A stretch of 64,000 nt of DNA, taken from IMG/VR virus record IMGVR_UViG_3300028805_000070, positions 32,001 through 96,000 of that record, one strand, 5' to 3'. This DNA is from a virus. Its lineage: Duplodnaviria; Caudoviricetes. Below the pieces are notes generated by a model, which was given only the letters and a program-made list of their open reading frames with translations, searched no databases and was not told where the DNA came from. Below are positions 1 to 13,200 of the stretch, one piece after another (the first letter of the stretch is position 1; each line of letters begins with the position of its first letter). The translations under genes were made by a program, and so were the position numbers.

Positions 1-26
1 CAGTAGAGATAATCCCATTATGGTGA
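1..26 (+). CDS. 3' end of upstream (probably virion) gene, partial
   Basis: ...VEIIPLW-TGA ends at 26, just before the SD/ATG of the next gene. Confidence 0.5.
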
Positions 27-36
27 GGTGAGATAA

Positions 37-543
37 ATGGCAACAGAAACTCCGAGTCAGCGCCGATTCGCGGTAATGGGAGATAATACGTTTAAAATTG
101 CTAATAAATTAATGTCTAATAAAGACTTATGTCGCTTATTAAAGTATCAAGTACGAGACCCTTTAAATAAAGAAAAATATCCGGATGTAGATGGGGCGGA
201 GCTTATTAACCGCTAGATTCTAATTGTGCCAAAGATATTTGATGACAGCACTGAAAAAATGTCTTATGTAACAGCGCTATTTAGTAATTTCGTTGTCAAT
301 TATTTAAATCCGGAATTTAAAATTTCTACAATTCGTTTTGATATAGCATGCCCATATGAAGAATGGCTGCTTGATGGAAGGACTTTGCGCCCATATTTAA
401 TTATGGAAGAAATTGATAAAATGTTTAATGAAGCAAAAATGCAAGGCATAGGTACTTTATAGTTTTATCGCGCAGATGCCTTAACATTAAGTCCTTGGAT
501 TGGCGGCTATTCTATGGTATATTAGATAAATGAATTTAACTGA
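37..543 (+). CDS. Putative head-tail joining/tail completion protein (168 aa, TAG=Gln)
   Basis: GAGGTG SD, ATG 37; open to TGA 541-543 when TAGs are read as Gln; includes track ORF 226..462; function from position only. Confidence 0.7.
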
Positions 544-1309
544 TACCGAAGTTTTAAAGTTTTTAAAGGGTTCTCCTGTATTTGTAGAAGACATATGTGC
601 GGTATTTCCTGTTACATTGGGGCAAATAGTGGATGAGGGTTACGATAATTTTTAGAAATATCTAAGCGTTCTAACTGCCAATAAGCCAAATACTAATTTT
701 GATTCAGATCATGAATTAAAAGAACTAATGGCGCAATTGACCGATTTTTAGTACTTGCTTTTAATTGCAAGTACTGACCCAGAAATTCATAACCTTATGA
801 AGCGAGGCTTTAGATTTTTCACACATGAAGATGTAATTTTTTCTTTAGACCCCGCACAAATCATTATAGGCCCCTTGGAGGAAAAACACATAATGACTGA
901 GGATAAATTCTATGATTTTTAGCATTTGCTACGTAGAATGTATTTTCTTGAAACAGCGGAAGATGAGATTATTATTTATGAGGATGATCCGGAGATTACC
1001 AAGCGGCTTAAGATGCAATAGCGCGATAGGCGCGAAAAGCTTCGCCGCGCGAAGGCTAAAGAAGCTAAAAAGAATGGTACTAATATGGAGTTTTCAGATT
1101 TAATAGCAAGTTTGCCGCTAAATAATTGTGGCCTGAATATTTTAAATATTTGGGATGTTAGTTATTATGCTTTTCAGGACCAACTCAAGCGGATGGGGTG
1201 GCGTGATTAGTTTAATATAAATTAGCGCGCGGCGTTAGCAGGCGCGAAAATTGAGAAGTCGCAACTGAAGCATTGGATGCGTTCAATTGCTGATGGCGAT
1301 AAGTTATAA
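530..1309 (+). CDS. Hypothetical tail-module protein (259 aa, TAG=Gln)
   Basis: ATG 530 overlaps previous gene end; only in-frame stops are TAG until TAA 1307-1309. Confidence 0.75.
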
Positions 1310-1325
1310 CTTGGAGGTAACTTTT

Positions 1326-1508
1326 ATGGCTAACAATGTTAATATTTTTGACAAGTATGGCATTAAGGAAGTTGCTAACGTATATTTTGAAGCTCTAGAT
1401 GACGATCTAAAGACCGGCGTCTATAAGGGCGATATCGTGCTCTTCCTAGATACTCTAAAAGTTTCCACCATTGAGACCACTGCAGAAAATGTAGCCGCTC
1501 AGGGCGGT
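1326..1508 (+). CDS. Major tail (tube) protein, exon 1; join(1326..1508,2486..3262), 319 aa
   Basis: GGAGG SD, MANNVNIFDKYGIKEV...AAQGG joins in frame to WGNPRLVQWDYGKEI; the paralog at 3330 has uninterrupted GGW. Confidence 0.85.
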
Positions 1509-2485
1509 CAAATGGCCCCGGCCGCCTAAAAAATTCCTTAATTTCTGGAAAATCCTAAAGCCATCGGAGATGGATATAAAATCCTAAGGAGGATGAATAG
1601 AATGGATAATCAGACGCTAAGCATTATGCCAAAACATGGTTTTGGCTTTGTGTATTGTTATACTTCTCCAAGTGGGAAGAAATACATAGGAAAAACAAAG
1701 ACTACTTTAAAAGCTAGAGCAAAAGATAATTGTAAAGGATATAAAGGTTGTACAGCATTTTATAATGCAATTCAAAAATATGGTTATGAAAATTTTGAGG
1801 TAGAGATATTAGAAGAAGTCCCATTAGAACGACTAATAGAAGCAGAAACACAGTATATTATTGATATGGATACAACCGACCCTAATAAAGGTTACAATAT
1901 CGTTACAAATTATCATGAATTTTTAGCTGCTTTTAACCGAATTCCCGTATATAGTTATGATGGTCAAACTGGTATTTTTATTGAAGGCTTTGAAAGTACA
2001 GCAGAGGCAGAACGAGTAATGCAAGTATATCGTGGCAGTATTAGAAGAGTTTTAAATATACCTAACCATCATGTACGAGGTCGTTTATGGAAAACAGAGA
2101 AATTTGATTCGGTTTCTGTAATTCCAAATAATATCTAGCCTAACACTAAACCAGTTTTTAGATATGATCCTGAAACTGGAGAGTTTTTACAAGCATACAG
2201 TTCTATTCGTGAAGCGGCACGTTAGACTGGTTTTGATAGAAAGACTATTAGCGATTAGGTAGCGTTAAAGGCTAAAAGAGAGCGGAAATATATCTTTAGA
2301 GATTTTAAAGTAGAGAATTTGTATAATGAAAGTTCAACGACTATCCCTAGTGGAGTAGATTCAAGTGAATCAAAACAGGAATAATAAGTTTATCTTATTA
2401 AGATATAGTCTAATCTTATAGGAAACTATAAGCAGTTCATAAGAGAACGCGCATATGCTCACGACTTATGCGGAATATTATTATG
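1509..2485 (+). mobile_element. Group I intron in tail tube gene
   Basis: 5' exon ends in U, intron ends in G; IGS GCCGCCU (1521-1527) pairs with exon GGGCGGU including the U-G pair; P10 GCCCCG pairs with exon 2 UGGGGC; core elements GTTCAACGACTA (~2332) and AAGATATAGTCT (~2400). Confidence 0.9.
1602..2384 (+). CDS. Intron-encoded GIY-YIG homing endonuclease with NUMOD1-like C-terminal repeats (TAG=Gln)
   Basis: GFVYCY...KYIGKT motif; AGGAGG SD before ATG 1602; read-through of 3 TAGs restores a second PVFRYD..GEFLQAYSSIREAAR repeat; TAA 2382-2384. Confidence 0.85.
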
Positions 2486-3262
2486 TGGGGCAATCCTCGT
2501 CTCGTGCAGTGGGACTATGGTAAGGAAATCAACATTACTCTAGAAGATGCTCTAATGTCTCTAGAATCTCTTCGTTTCATGCTAGGTGGCGCAATTCGTC
2601 GTACTAGTGATAATAATAACAGTGAAACGATTGTTGTACATCACACTGAGGAAGTAACTGCACTAGCTAATCATATAGTTCCTGCTCCAAAGGATCATAT
2701 TACTGGTACTGTTATGTATCCAGAAGCTAAGGCCAACCATCCAATTAAGTTAATCAACTTAACTAAGGGCTATCGTACTTAGATTGAGTATGATGAAAAT
2801 GGTACTAATAAGATGAAAGATAAAAATACTATCCTCTTTAAGAATCCTAAGGCTGGTATTGCAGCTGCCGGCGAACAGCCAGATGAAGGCGATAAGATTC
2901 GTATTTTCTGGGATGAAATTGTTGCTTCCAGTACTACTACTGAGGATGCAGTTGAAGTAACTATTTCTCCAGATACCTTCCCAGGAACTTATAAGGTAGT
3001 TGGCGATACTCTAATTCGTTCTGAAAAGACTGGCCGTGATGAGCCCTTCCAGTTCATTATTAATAAGGCTAAGGTACAGAGCAATGTTACTATTACTCTA
3101 CAGGCTGAAGGCGATCCTTCTACATTTGAAATGACCCTTAACGTATTACGTGATGGCAATGAAATGATGAAGCTTGTTCGTTATAATGTACTTACTTCTG
3201 ATAATTCAGTAGCTGGTAATGATAAGGGATCTATTGAAACTGCTCAGGATTCTGGTGGCTAA
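2486..3262 (+). CDS. Major tail (tube) protein, exon 2
   Basis: Track ORFs 2468..2782 and 2813..3262 are one frame joined by a single TAG (2780); TFPGTYKVVGDT..LQAEGDPSTFEM tube-like C-terminus. Confidence 0.85.
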
Positions 3263-3277
3263 TAATTAATCATAAAT

Positions 3278-3310
3278 CCGGGGACTCATCCGAGTCCCCG
3301 GTTTCTTTTT
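3278..3310 (+). terminator. Rho-independent terminator
   Basis: CCGGGGACTC-atcc-GAGTCCCCGG followed by TTTCTTTTT. Confidence 0.9.
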
Positions 3311-3329
3311 GAAAGGTAGGTGAATACCT

Positions 3330-4217
3330 TTGATACACCAATACTTTGGAATTAAGGAATTATATGAAGTATGTTTGCGCGCGAAGACTGCTATGCGATT
3401 TGGCGAGCGCTATATCGAAGCAGACGAACCGGTTCTTTATTTTGAAAACATTAGTATGTCTATGTTATCAGAGCAAAGTAAAGAAGTCTATGCGCGCGGC
3501 GGTTGGCTGAATTAGCCAAAGGTAATATGGCAAGATCGGTCAGAAGTTCGCTTTCAAATGTCTGAAGGTGTAGTATCTCAATTTGGATTCGGTATCCTTT
3601 TGGGCGCGAAAGTTGCCATAAAAGGCAAAGAAAAACCTATACTAATGCATAAGACAGAAGGCCCTTTTGATTTTCCAATTGGAGAAGAGCGGCCGCGTAT
3701 TTACTTAGAGCATTGGCCGGTAGATGTTAACTAGAAGAAGACATTTATTTTTGAGTATGCTCGTGATGCCATATAGTCTAAAATATACGGTAAGAGAATC
3801 TATGGATAGCATCACGATCCGTTTTAGCCGGACGTAGAAACTCCTTGTGTGGAGTTGTATGAAGATAAAGCATTGACAAAATTGGCTGACACCAATAATA
3901 AATATATAGTAGATTACTACTATGAATATGGAAAAGAAGCAATTTCTTATACATTATAGAAAGAACGTTTTAACGGTTTATTCTCTTTAGAAGGGAAATT
4001 TTATTCTAAAGATGAGAATGAGGGGTAGAATTATACAAATATTTTGTATATGCCGAAAGTTAGGATTGTAAGTGATATTAACTTGCGATTGGGAGAAAGG
4101 GCTGATCCAACGGTGTCCGCGTTTGATATAATAGGGTTGCCGGAGACTGTCGGTGACGATAAAGATTTGATTGTTGAGATTTAGCATCTAGGGGAAGATT
4201 TGGATGCTGATATATAA
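3330..4217 (+). CDS. Tail-tube-like paralog (minor tail protein, 295 aa, TAG=Gln)
   Basis: AGGTAGGTG SD, TTG start; YFGIKELYEV, RGGWLNQP and GERADPTVSAF parallel YGIKEVANV, QGGWGNP and AEGDPSTF of the tube gene; TAA 4215-4217. Confidence 0.8.
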
Positions 4218-4257
4218 GCCACTTTCTTGCGGGGAAAGTGGCTCTTTTTTTTATTTT
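4217..4257 (+). terminator. Rho-independent terminator
   Basis: AGCCACTTTC...GAAAGTGGCT stem plus long T tract. Confidence 0.85.
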
Positions 4258-4282
4258 AGGAGATAAAGGAGAGTGAGATGGG

Positions 4283-7200
4283 ATGGCAACAGAACTTAGG
4301 GTACCAGTAAAACTTGAAGTATTATAGAGTTCAATTGCAGATATAAAATCAACGTTAGCTAATTTGCGGCCGGAGACTACCGTTTGGAAAGAATTATAGA
4401 ATATTTTACGTTCAATGACCAAAGAGGCGGATGGCTTACAAAGCGCTATAAGTAAGCCTTTTAACGCTTAGAAAGATTTTACTTCCGCAGAAAAAGGTAT
4501 AGGTAAAATTGAGGATGCGCTAGAACGCGCTCGCATCGCAATGGGGCGTATAACTTTTTCTGATTTAAAATTGGATGAAAATTAGTCTGCTGCTTTAAAA
4601 GAATTTGAGCGTTAGTTATAGGTTATTGAAGATAAGGCTAGGAATTTTAAAGCAACTTTGAAGGCTGAATTACAAAGTGGCGATAACTGGGGTGATATAT
4701 TAGCTCTTGATCCTAATGCAATCACTTAGTCTTATGATGAAATTGTAAAAAGTATATAGAATAAAGTTAAGTAGATTGAAAGTGAATCAAAGAAAGCGGC
4801 GGAAGCTTTACGTATTGCTACTGAAGAAGCTAATCGCGCGACAGCAAGTAAATAGTTTTTTTCTGCTCAACAATCTTTAAGTACTGAAGGAATGGGTGAA
4901 GAGTGGAATACATTTTTTTAGAATAATAAAAATGGACAATTACAATTTCGCTCAGGACAAAAAAGTGCTTTTTATGAGTGGATGCGTGATAATTTAACTA
5001 TTACGCCAGCTTAGTATGAAGAGATTAAAAATAAAACTATTACTGAAATATAGTAGTGGATTAAAGATTTTGATGTTAATAAAATTATTAATGATGAAAC
5101 AAAAAAGAAACAGACAAAAGATGATGCAACAACACGCGTGGCAAATGTAACAGCAGAAGCATAGAAAGCATAGGTAGTATAGTAGGTTATTGCTGCAAAT
5201 CAAGAAAAAATTACTACTAATAATACTGCTTTAAGCAAAGAAACTGCGGTAGTAACTTCTAATTTAAATGATTATAAAGCTGCGGCAGAAAATGCTGCAC
5301 GAGCTTCACTATAGACTTCTTCTGGTATGCAGAAAGCAAGCAGCGAGTGTACTATGCTTACTAGTGCTTTATAGCGTTCTAACTCAGAATGGCTATAGAT
5401 GGATCGTGCTGCGACTACAATGAATGGATTACGTAATGCCATTCTTAATTTTATGGGTTTTAATTAGATTTTAAATTTAACTAAAACCGCAGTACGTTAG
5501 GCCGCTTAGCACATACAAGAACTTGATACAGTTATGAGTAAGATTGCAATTGTTACTGATATGTCAACTGGTGACTTATGGAAACAAGTTGATGCATATA
5601 GTGATATGGCGCAAACTTATGGTGTATCTATTAAAGGTGCGTATGAAGTATCATAGATTTATTATCAGCAAGGTCTAGAAACCGCTGATGTTTTAACATT
5701 AACTAATGAGACGTTAAAATTAGCAAAGATTTCTGGTCTAGATTATGCAACAACTACTGACTATATGACAACTGCTTTACGTGGATTTAAAATGGAAATG
5801 TCCGAGGCAGGAACTGTCGTAGACGTATATTCTGCTCTTGCTGCAAATACAGCAGTGTCATAGGAAGAATTGGCAGTAGCTATGAGTAAGACTGCTTCTT
5901 CTATGGAATCTGTAGGTTCTACCTTTGAAGAGACATCAGCAATGATTGGTACTATGGTAGCTGTTACTCGTGAATCTGCTACTAATATTGGTAGTGCTAT
6001 GAAGAGTATAGCTAGCCGTTATGGTGAATTGACTAAAGATCCAACTGCATTATTAGATGCTGAAGGCGAAGCTATGTCTTTCAACAAGGTTGATACGGCA
6101 TTACAGTCAGTAGGTATCTCAATGAAAACTGTTGATGGACAATTCCGTGAATTCACAGATGTTATTGTTGAATTAGGTGAAAAATGGGATTAGTTAGATA
6201 GTACGCAGCAACGTTATATTGCTACTTAGTTTGCTGGTAATAGACAACAATCACGTTTCTTAGCATTAGTTAGCAATGTTGATTTATTAAAGTCTAATAT
6301 GGACGTTGCAATGAACAGTGAAGATACTGGTACATTGCAAGCTTTAAAAGCATTAGACTCAATTGAATCTAAAACTGAATAGGTAAAAGTAGCATATTAG
6401 CAATTCTATACGACTCTTGGCGCCGAAAATGTTTGGAAAAGCGCTTTAGATGGATTAAAAGAATATATTAATATGTTAAATGGCTTACCGAAGTTATTTG
6501 ATAAAATACCAATTGGCGCGATCGCAATGGTAGCTAATTTGGTGGATTTAATTAAATTCGCTGGAACTAGTGTTATTAGCGGTGTAGCTGAAATCTGGAA
6601 AAAGTTTTTGCCTGAAAATGCTTAGGTAGATATTGCGGCGAAGAATATTTTGCCTAATGGACAGGCAGAAGCTTAGAAGGCAGGACAAGATGTTACTGCT
6701 GGTATGGCATAGGGCATAAAAGCAGGAGAAGGAGAAGTACGAGCTGCTGGTGTAGCTTTAGGAGAAGTTTCTATTGAAGGCTTACGCGATGGAGCCGGGA
6801 CACATTCTCCTAGTGTGCCAGCAGGTGAAACCGCAGATAACGTCGGCGCAGGAATGATTATTCATCTTGAGGCGGCGGTTGATGCTGTAAAAAATGCTGG
6901 TCGTTCTTTAGGTGAGGCTGCTATTGTTGGCGTTAAAGAAGGTATGCAAAATGTACAAGCTGTAGCGGATTTACTGGTATCATAGCTTGCTACTTTAGCA
7001 CCTGAAATTCAAAGTAAATTTGGTAATTTAAATGATTTTTCTATTGACAATATCCGTCAATTTGTTGAGCGCCCTGAATGGAATAATACTGAACGTGCGG
7101 CTGCTTATACTGCTATAGATGTATAGCGTTCTACATTAGAGGCTAATAATTTAATTAATGATATTAAATTAATTAATGATAAAATCGCAGCATATAGAAA

Positions 7201-10200
7201 TTTAGAGTAGGCGTAGTTAAAAGTTAAAAGTATTGAAGATAAAAATAGTGCAGAGTATAAAGCTGCAAGTTCTGAACGTAATGCTTTGGCTAAAGAATTA
7301 GGAACTTCTTGGAATGTTAATGCTTAGGGAAAAATAAGTGAATTAGAAGCATAGAGAGACTAGTTGATTACTTCAGTGCAAGAAAAGTTAAATGCTGTTT
7401 ATTTTGCAGTCAATTTTTAGTTAGCTAATGCGGAACAATTATAGGGGCAATTATCTGCATTAGGACTTAAGGTTGAAGTTGAACCTGTCATAAAAAGTGC
7501 CGCGGCATCATAGGCAATAGATGAGATTAGAGAAAAAGCCGCGAGTGCTAAAGAGGCTGCTGCAGAAATAATGCCTTCAAAGGCAACATCATATACTCCT
7601 CATGAAGATAGTTTGCCTAAAGCTGATTCTTCACCGACGTTATTTACTATTGGTACACAACAGAATTAGGTTAATCTAATTAATCAACAGATTGATGCTT
7701 TATATAAATTACGAGAAGCAAAATTAGCAGTAGAAAATGCCGGTAATAATTCTAATGAAAAAAGTGCGGCTATAGAAAATTATAAATAGCAAATAGAAGA
7801 GATTAAGTCTATTATTAATGTAGATATGTTTTCTAACGGATTTAATTGGAAAACTAATATTAATGAAATTGATGCTGTTATTGCATAGTATTAGGAACGT
7901 TTATCTAACTTTGTAGTTAAGCCTACTGTTGAAATAGAACCTGGCGCGGAATAGTTAGGCTTTGATTTAACTTTATTAGGTGTCCCACAAGTTCAAGTAG
8001 AAGATTCTGCTAAGCAAGAAGCGGTAGAGCAAGTTAAAACTGAAATGCAAGAAGCTGTACAAGGCGAATAGCTAGAAATGCAGTTTGATGCAGAGTATGA
8101 AGATGTATATGAGTAGATGCAACTTGCACAAAAGCTTCAAGATTTTGAAGAAAGCCGTATTACTACTGCTTAGGAATATAAACGAGAATAGCAAAGAATT
8201 AAAGAAGAGTTGCTAGAACAACGAGATATTTAGGATAGGATAGCTCGTAGTAAATAGGTTAATGCAGCATCTAGCGCTGCGGCATAGAATCTTGATTTTG
8301 GAAAACTTGATAATGAAATAATTGAATCTGAAGAGCGTTAGCAAAATGCTATTAGAACAACTATTGATACTATAAAAGAAAAAATACAAGCAATGCAGAA
8401 TCAGGAATTAAGTCGCTCTTTATCTGGAATTGGTTCTGCAATTTCTACAATTTCCAGTGTTTTAGATAAATCTTCTGCGGGCGGCCGCACATTTGCTGGC
8501 GTAATGACTGCTGTAGGTGGAACAATTAAAGTAGTAAGCGGATTATTAAGCAAGAATCCTTGGATGGCAGTTGCTACAGGAATTATTACGATTATTAACG
8601 GTATTTCTTTAGCAATAGAAGATGATGCAGAGAGACTAGAAAGATTAACTAAGGAAGCTGAAGAAGCCAGTAATGAAGCTAAAAAGACTAAGGCAAATTT
8701 AAATATCTTAGAAGCGGGAAAAACAAAATTAGAAGAATTAGAAAAGAAACGTTATGATAGTGCTGAAGCCGCGGAAGAATATTAGAGTAAAGTAGAAGAA
8801 TTAGCTAGTGCTTTTCCACAATTAATTAGCGGTTTTGATGAAGCGGGTAATGCTATTATTGAAACTAGTAATATGGAAGATGTTCTTACTGCTGCACGTG
8901 AGTAGAGCGCGGCGGCAACCTTAGCCGCAGCGGAAGCTGAAAAGAAGAAATCAGCGGAAGAACGTAAACAAAATTAGGAAATATTAGCTGGAAATGTTTC
9001 TGATGCTATTAATAGTCTAGATACTTTATAGGATGTTATAGATTCATAGAAGGCTGGAGAAGCTCCAGGTATACCAGCAGACTATACTTATAACCCATCA
9101 TAGAATAAAGATTTGACCAGTGCTTTAGGCGCTATATTTAATAATGATATTGTAGCAGCTAATATGGGTAGTCTTAATAGTATTAGTTTTGAGGGTATAT
9201 TTACAGATTTATTATCTACAGGAATGCTAGCCGATAGTTATAAAAAGAACATTGGCTTCATGAATATTTTAACATAGGCTGGTTTTAATTTAGATCTTTT
9301 ATCTCAAGCGGCAAACACTCTTACTTGGGAAGATTTTGAGACAGAAGAAGAAAATCTTGCATAGAATGCTGAAAACCTTTAGCAATTTATTTTAGCTTAT
9401 TACCAATTATTAAAAGATGCATCTAAATTAGGTTCCGCAGATAGAGAAATGCTAAATTTCCTTAATGAAAATTTAGATATAGAAACTGGTTTAGCAGATT
9501 TTAAAGACGATTTTAATGCTAAACCGACTGTCGAAGCGCTATCTAAACTATAGGAAGCTATTAAAGAAAATAATATAGAAGACATTTCTAAATATTAGTT
9601 AGAGGCATAGCAAGAATTTTAGAAATTAAAAAATAATACTGATTACACTAGTGTATATAAAGACTCTTTTGAACAATTATCAGAGTTGATGGAATCTATT
9701 ACATCTAATGCTAATAATTATCTTCAAGCGGCTATTCAAGATAATGCTAATGCCATTGCAGTAGTTAATGGTATTATTCGAAATCGTAATCCTAATAGTG
9801 ATTTTATTAATGATAAGAGTGGTATTATTAGTTTAATTTCTGGTACCTTTGGTAGACGATGGTAGTAGCAATATGTAGAAGCTGAAGGTAATTATAGTCA
9901 AGAAGATTTTGAAGATAAAAATAATGTAGATTTAAATGCCGCGGTAGAAGCTTCCGAACAATTTTGGCAGGATTTAGTCAATAGCGGTTCTGAAAGAAAA
10001 GATAAATTTGTTAAAATGCTTTCTGATATTAGTAAGTATCGAGAGTCTGATTTTACACAATTTTCGGATATTACAGATGAAGAATCATGGAACTAGGTAT
10101 ATGACTTAATAAAAGAAAATACTGCTGAAAGAATAAAAGGAATTTAGAATAGTTTAACAAATTTTTATTTTAAAAATGTCGTTCCTGCATTTAATAGCCG

Positions 10201-13200
10201 TAGTTCTAATGCTAATCTAACCTGGCGTACAGCAGCAGCGACAGCTGAAACTGCAACCGAAAGTCAATATTTAAAAGATATTTATCTTTAGTATGCGCAA
10301 TTAAATTAGGCAGGTTTAACAGGACGAGCTTCTGACTATATGACTGCTTCGTTAGAAATTTATAATTAGATACTTCCTCTTGATGGTGATTTACGAACTG
10401 CTATTTGGTCTAATATAGAAAAGAATGGTTTAAAAACTAAAGAACAAATTCAAAAAGTGATTCAAGCTGTGTAGAATAATGACACAGGTGATGATGACTT
10501 TTTAGTAGGATTATTAGAAAATTTATCTAAAACTATTTCTGATAATATTATTCTTGCCGTATAGGCTTCAAGTAGTGCTTTTGTTGAAGGTTGGTCTGAT
10601 GATAGTAAAACTATTAAGAAATTAAGTTCAGGACTAGATCTTAGTGAAGTTGAAGGACTTATTAATAGTGAAGCTGGTCAAAACGCAGGACTAACAATGA
10701 GCAGCTTTGTTTCAGATGGTGAAAAACTGATACTAAAAGCTAATGAAATGGATAGGTATTTAACGGAATATTTTGCAACGCAATAGGAAACCTATAATGC
10801 TCGTTATATTGAGTTAGAAAATGCGGCAAAATAGCTAGGGATTACTTCTACTAGTGCACACATCACGCAAACAAAAGAATCAGATTTTAAGGAAGAAGAT
10901 TTATTAGCAATTGATGCAATTTTAGGGAGTCAAGATTCAATTAGTAATTATGTAGATGAAAAAACTGGAGAAATTGATACTAAAGGATTAGCTACGGCTT
11001 TATTAAAAGCGTACTAGAGCGGCGAAACTGCATTAGCGAATTATTAGGATTATATTAATTGGGCACAAGCACAAGTTGAAACTTCGAGATAGTGGGCTGA
11101 AGGAAATTATTCTTCTTTAGATGAATTAGCGCATGGTAAAGGAAATGGTAATAAAGCTGTATTAAATTTTGCAAAAGCATCAGCTAGAAATTAGCTATTG
11201 TTAAGTTCAAAAGACAATCCTGATTTACTCAGTGCAGTTGGGCAAGTGCAATCTACTGCTTCATCTTTAATCTCCGATGCATTGTCTAAAGGTTTAAATA
11301 ATCTAAGTGCTTTAGATTATAAAGCCTTACCAATTGAATTAGATTTTTCAGGCTCATATGTAGAATTCCTTAATCGCTATGCTACTTATACCGGGAAAAC
11401 CGTTGATGAAATTAATGCCTTGTATGCTCAAGCCTTAGAAAAGGATTAGGAACAAGTTGCCAGCTCTTTAATCAAGGATTTTACCTTTACTTCTGCTGAT
11501 ACTTTCATGGCATCTACTTCTGCCTTACAGGGACTAGCAGATGCATATGATGTTGCGTTAGAAACTCTTATCTCTAAGTTAGGATTTAATGAAGCGACAG
11601 AGCAGTATTTCGGCAACATTTCTGACCTTGGAATTGATTTAACTAAAATTAATAACTATCAATAGATAGTATAGGATAGCATTGTAGACTATATTAATTC
11701 TATTAATATTACTGATTTCCTTAATGCGACTTCAAGCGCAGAACGGGTAGCGACTGGAACTAAGTTAGCTAGTGAAATCTAGAACTATCTTGATATGACC
11801 GGTCAAACGGTTGTAGAATTATTTACTGGTCAATCTGAAGCAATAATACAGTAGTAGATCGCTTCTACTAAAGCTTTTATGAAAGCTGTACCTTCTAAGT
11901 CGATGAGTGAATCTCAAAAGCGTGGCGCAGATTTAGCCGCCTTAGAAGAGCAATTACGTCAATTGTAGTCTTATACAATGGACGATGTATTAGCTATTCT
12001 TGAAGCCGGTGGTGAAGAAGCCGTTGCCTTACTTAAAAGGTTAAAGGGCGACAATGTCACAACTTCCGAACTCGAAGCTGCCTTTAATAACAGTCAAATT
12101 GTAAAACTTCGTACTGCAATGTCTGACCTAGAAAAGGGCGTGGGTGAAACCGTAACTGGACTTGCGATGAATATTATGCAAGTAACTGATGGTTTTGAAC
12201 TTGCCGAACTAGACGATGGTAGCGCAGTTATTACCGCAGTTGGCGATATGGTTTAGGCTTATGCTAATCTCTATGCGGCGATGGAGAAGAATACTGATCA
12301 TACTACTGGTGATTTAAATAGCGCATATGCAAAATTAATTACTCAATATGCTCAATCTTCAAATGATTTAAAAGACTTATTATCCAATGCTGCGACAGGA
12401 ATTTCTGCTGATACTTTTGGAACTATAATGGAACATTATGGTTTAGTTATGAAAGAAGTATTAGAAAGTGCGGAAGGCATCGTTATTGATTAGTTTGGTA
12501 ATATTATTATTTAGGATTTTAAAGCTTTTGAAAACTGGATGAATGATAATGCCAATGTTGAATGGAATAGTAATGATCCAGCATTTAAATCACTTTATAA
12601 TTCTTATATAGATTCAAAAGTAGAAATATTAAATCGTCCTATTACAGATGCTTAGACTGCGGCGGAATAGCTGAATAATATTTTAAACGCTAAAAAGGGT
12701 GAAGCTGTTAATATTTCTTATCTTGATGAATTTGATAAAGCTGATGAAAAAACAAAAGAAGTATTTGAAGCTATATTGTAGAAATATGGAGCTGCTTATG
12801 AAGATGGCATTTTAATTATAAGCAATGAGACACAAATTCCTAATTTAGTGGGAGAAATTGGCCATTTAGCGCAAGAAGCGGGAATTATTATACCAGAATA
12901 GTTAGCAGAGTTAGAAGATGCTATTGTGGATTTATTAGATAATATTGTATCTTTATTATCTAATGGAGTAAACGGAAGTTTAAGTCATAAGGACGCTCTT
13001 ACAATATCTAATTGGTATAAGGATACTCTTGCTTAGCGGAAAGATTATACTGATTTTATTAAGGAATTAGATTTTTCTGATACTGCTGAAGGATTGCAAT
13101 TAACTGAAACTTCCTTAGCAAATATTTATGAATTATTAAAGGGTATTAATGCAGAGAAAGCTGATGCATTTTTAGAAAATATTATTAGTAGCAAAGAAAG

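Noticed and set aside
4217-4283. Tail assembly chaperone with programmed frameshift before the TMP
   Set aside because: Only 65 nt, occupied by a terminator and SD; no ORF
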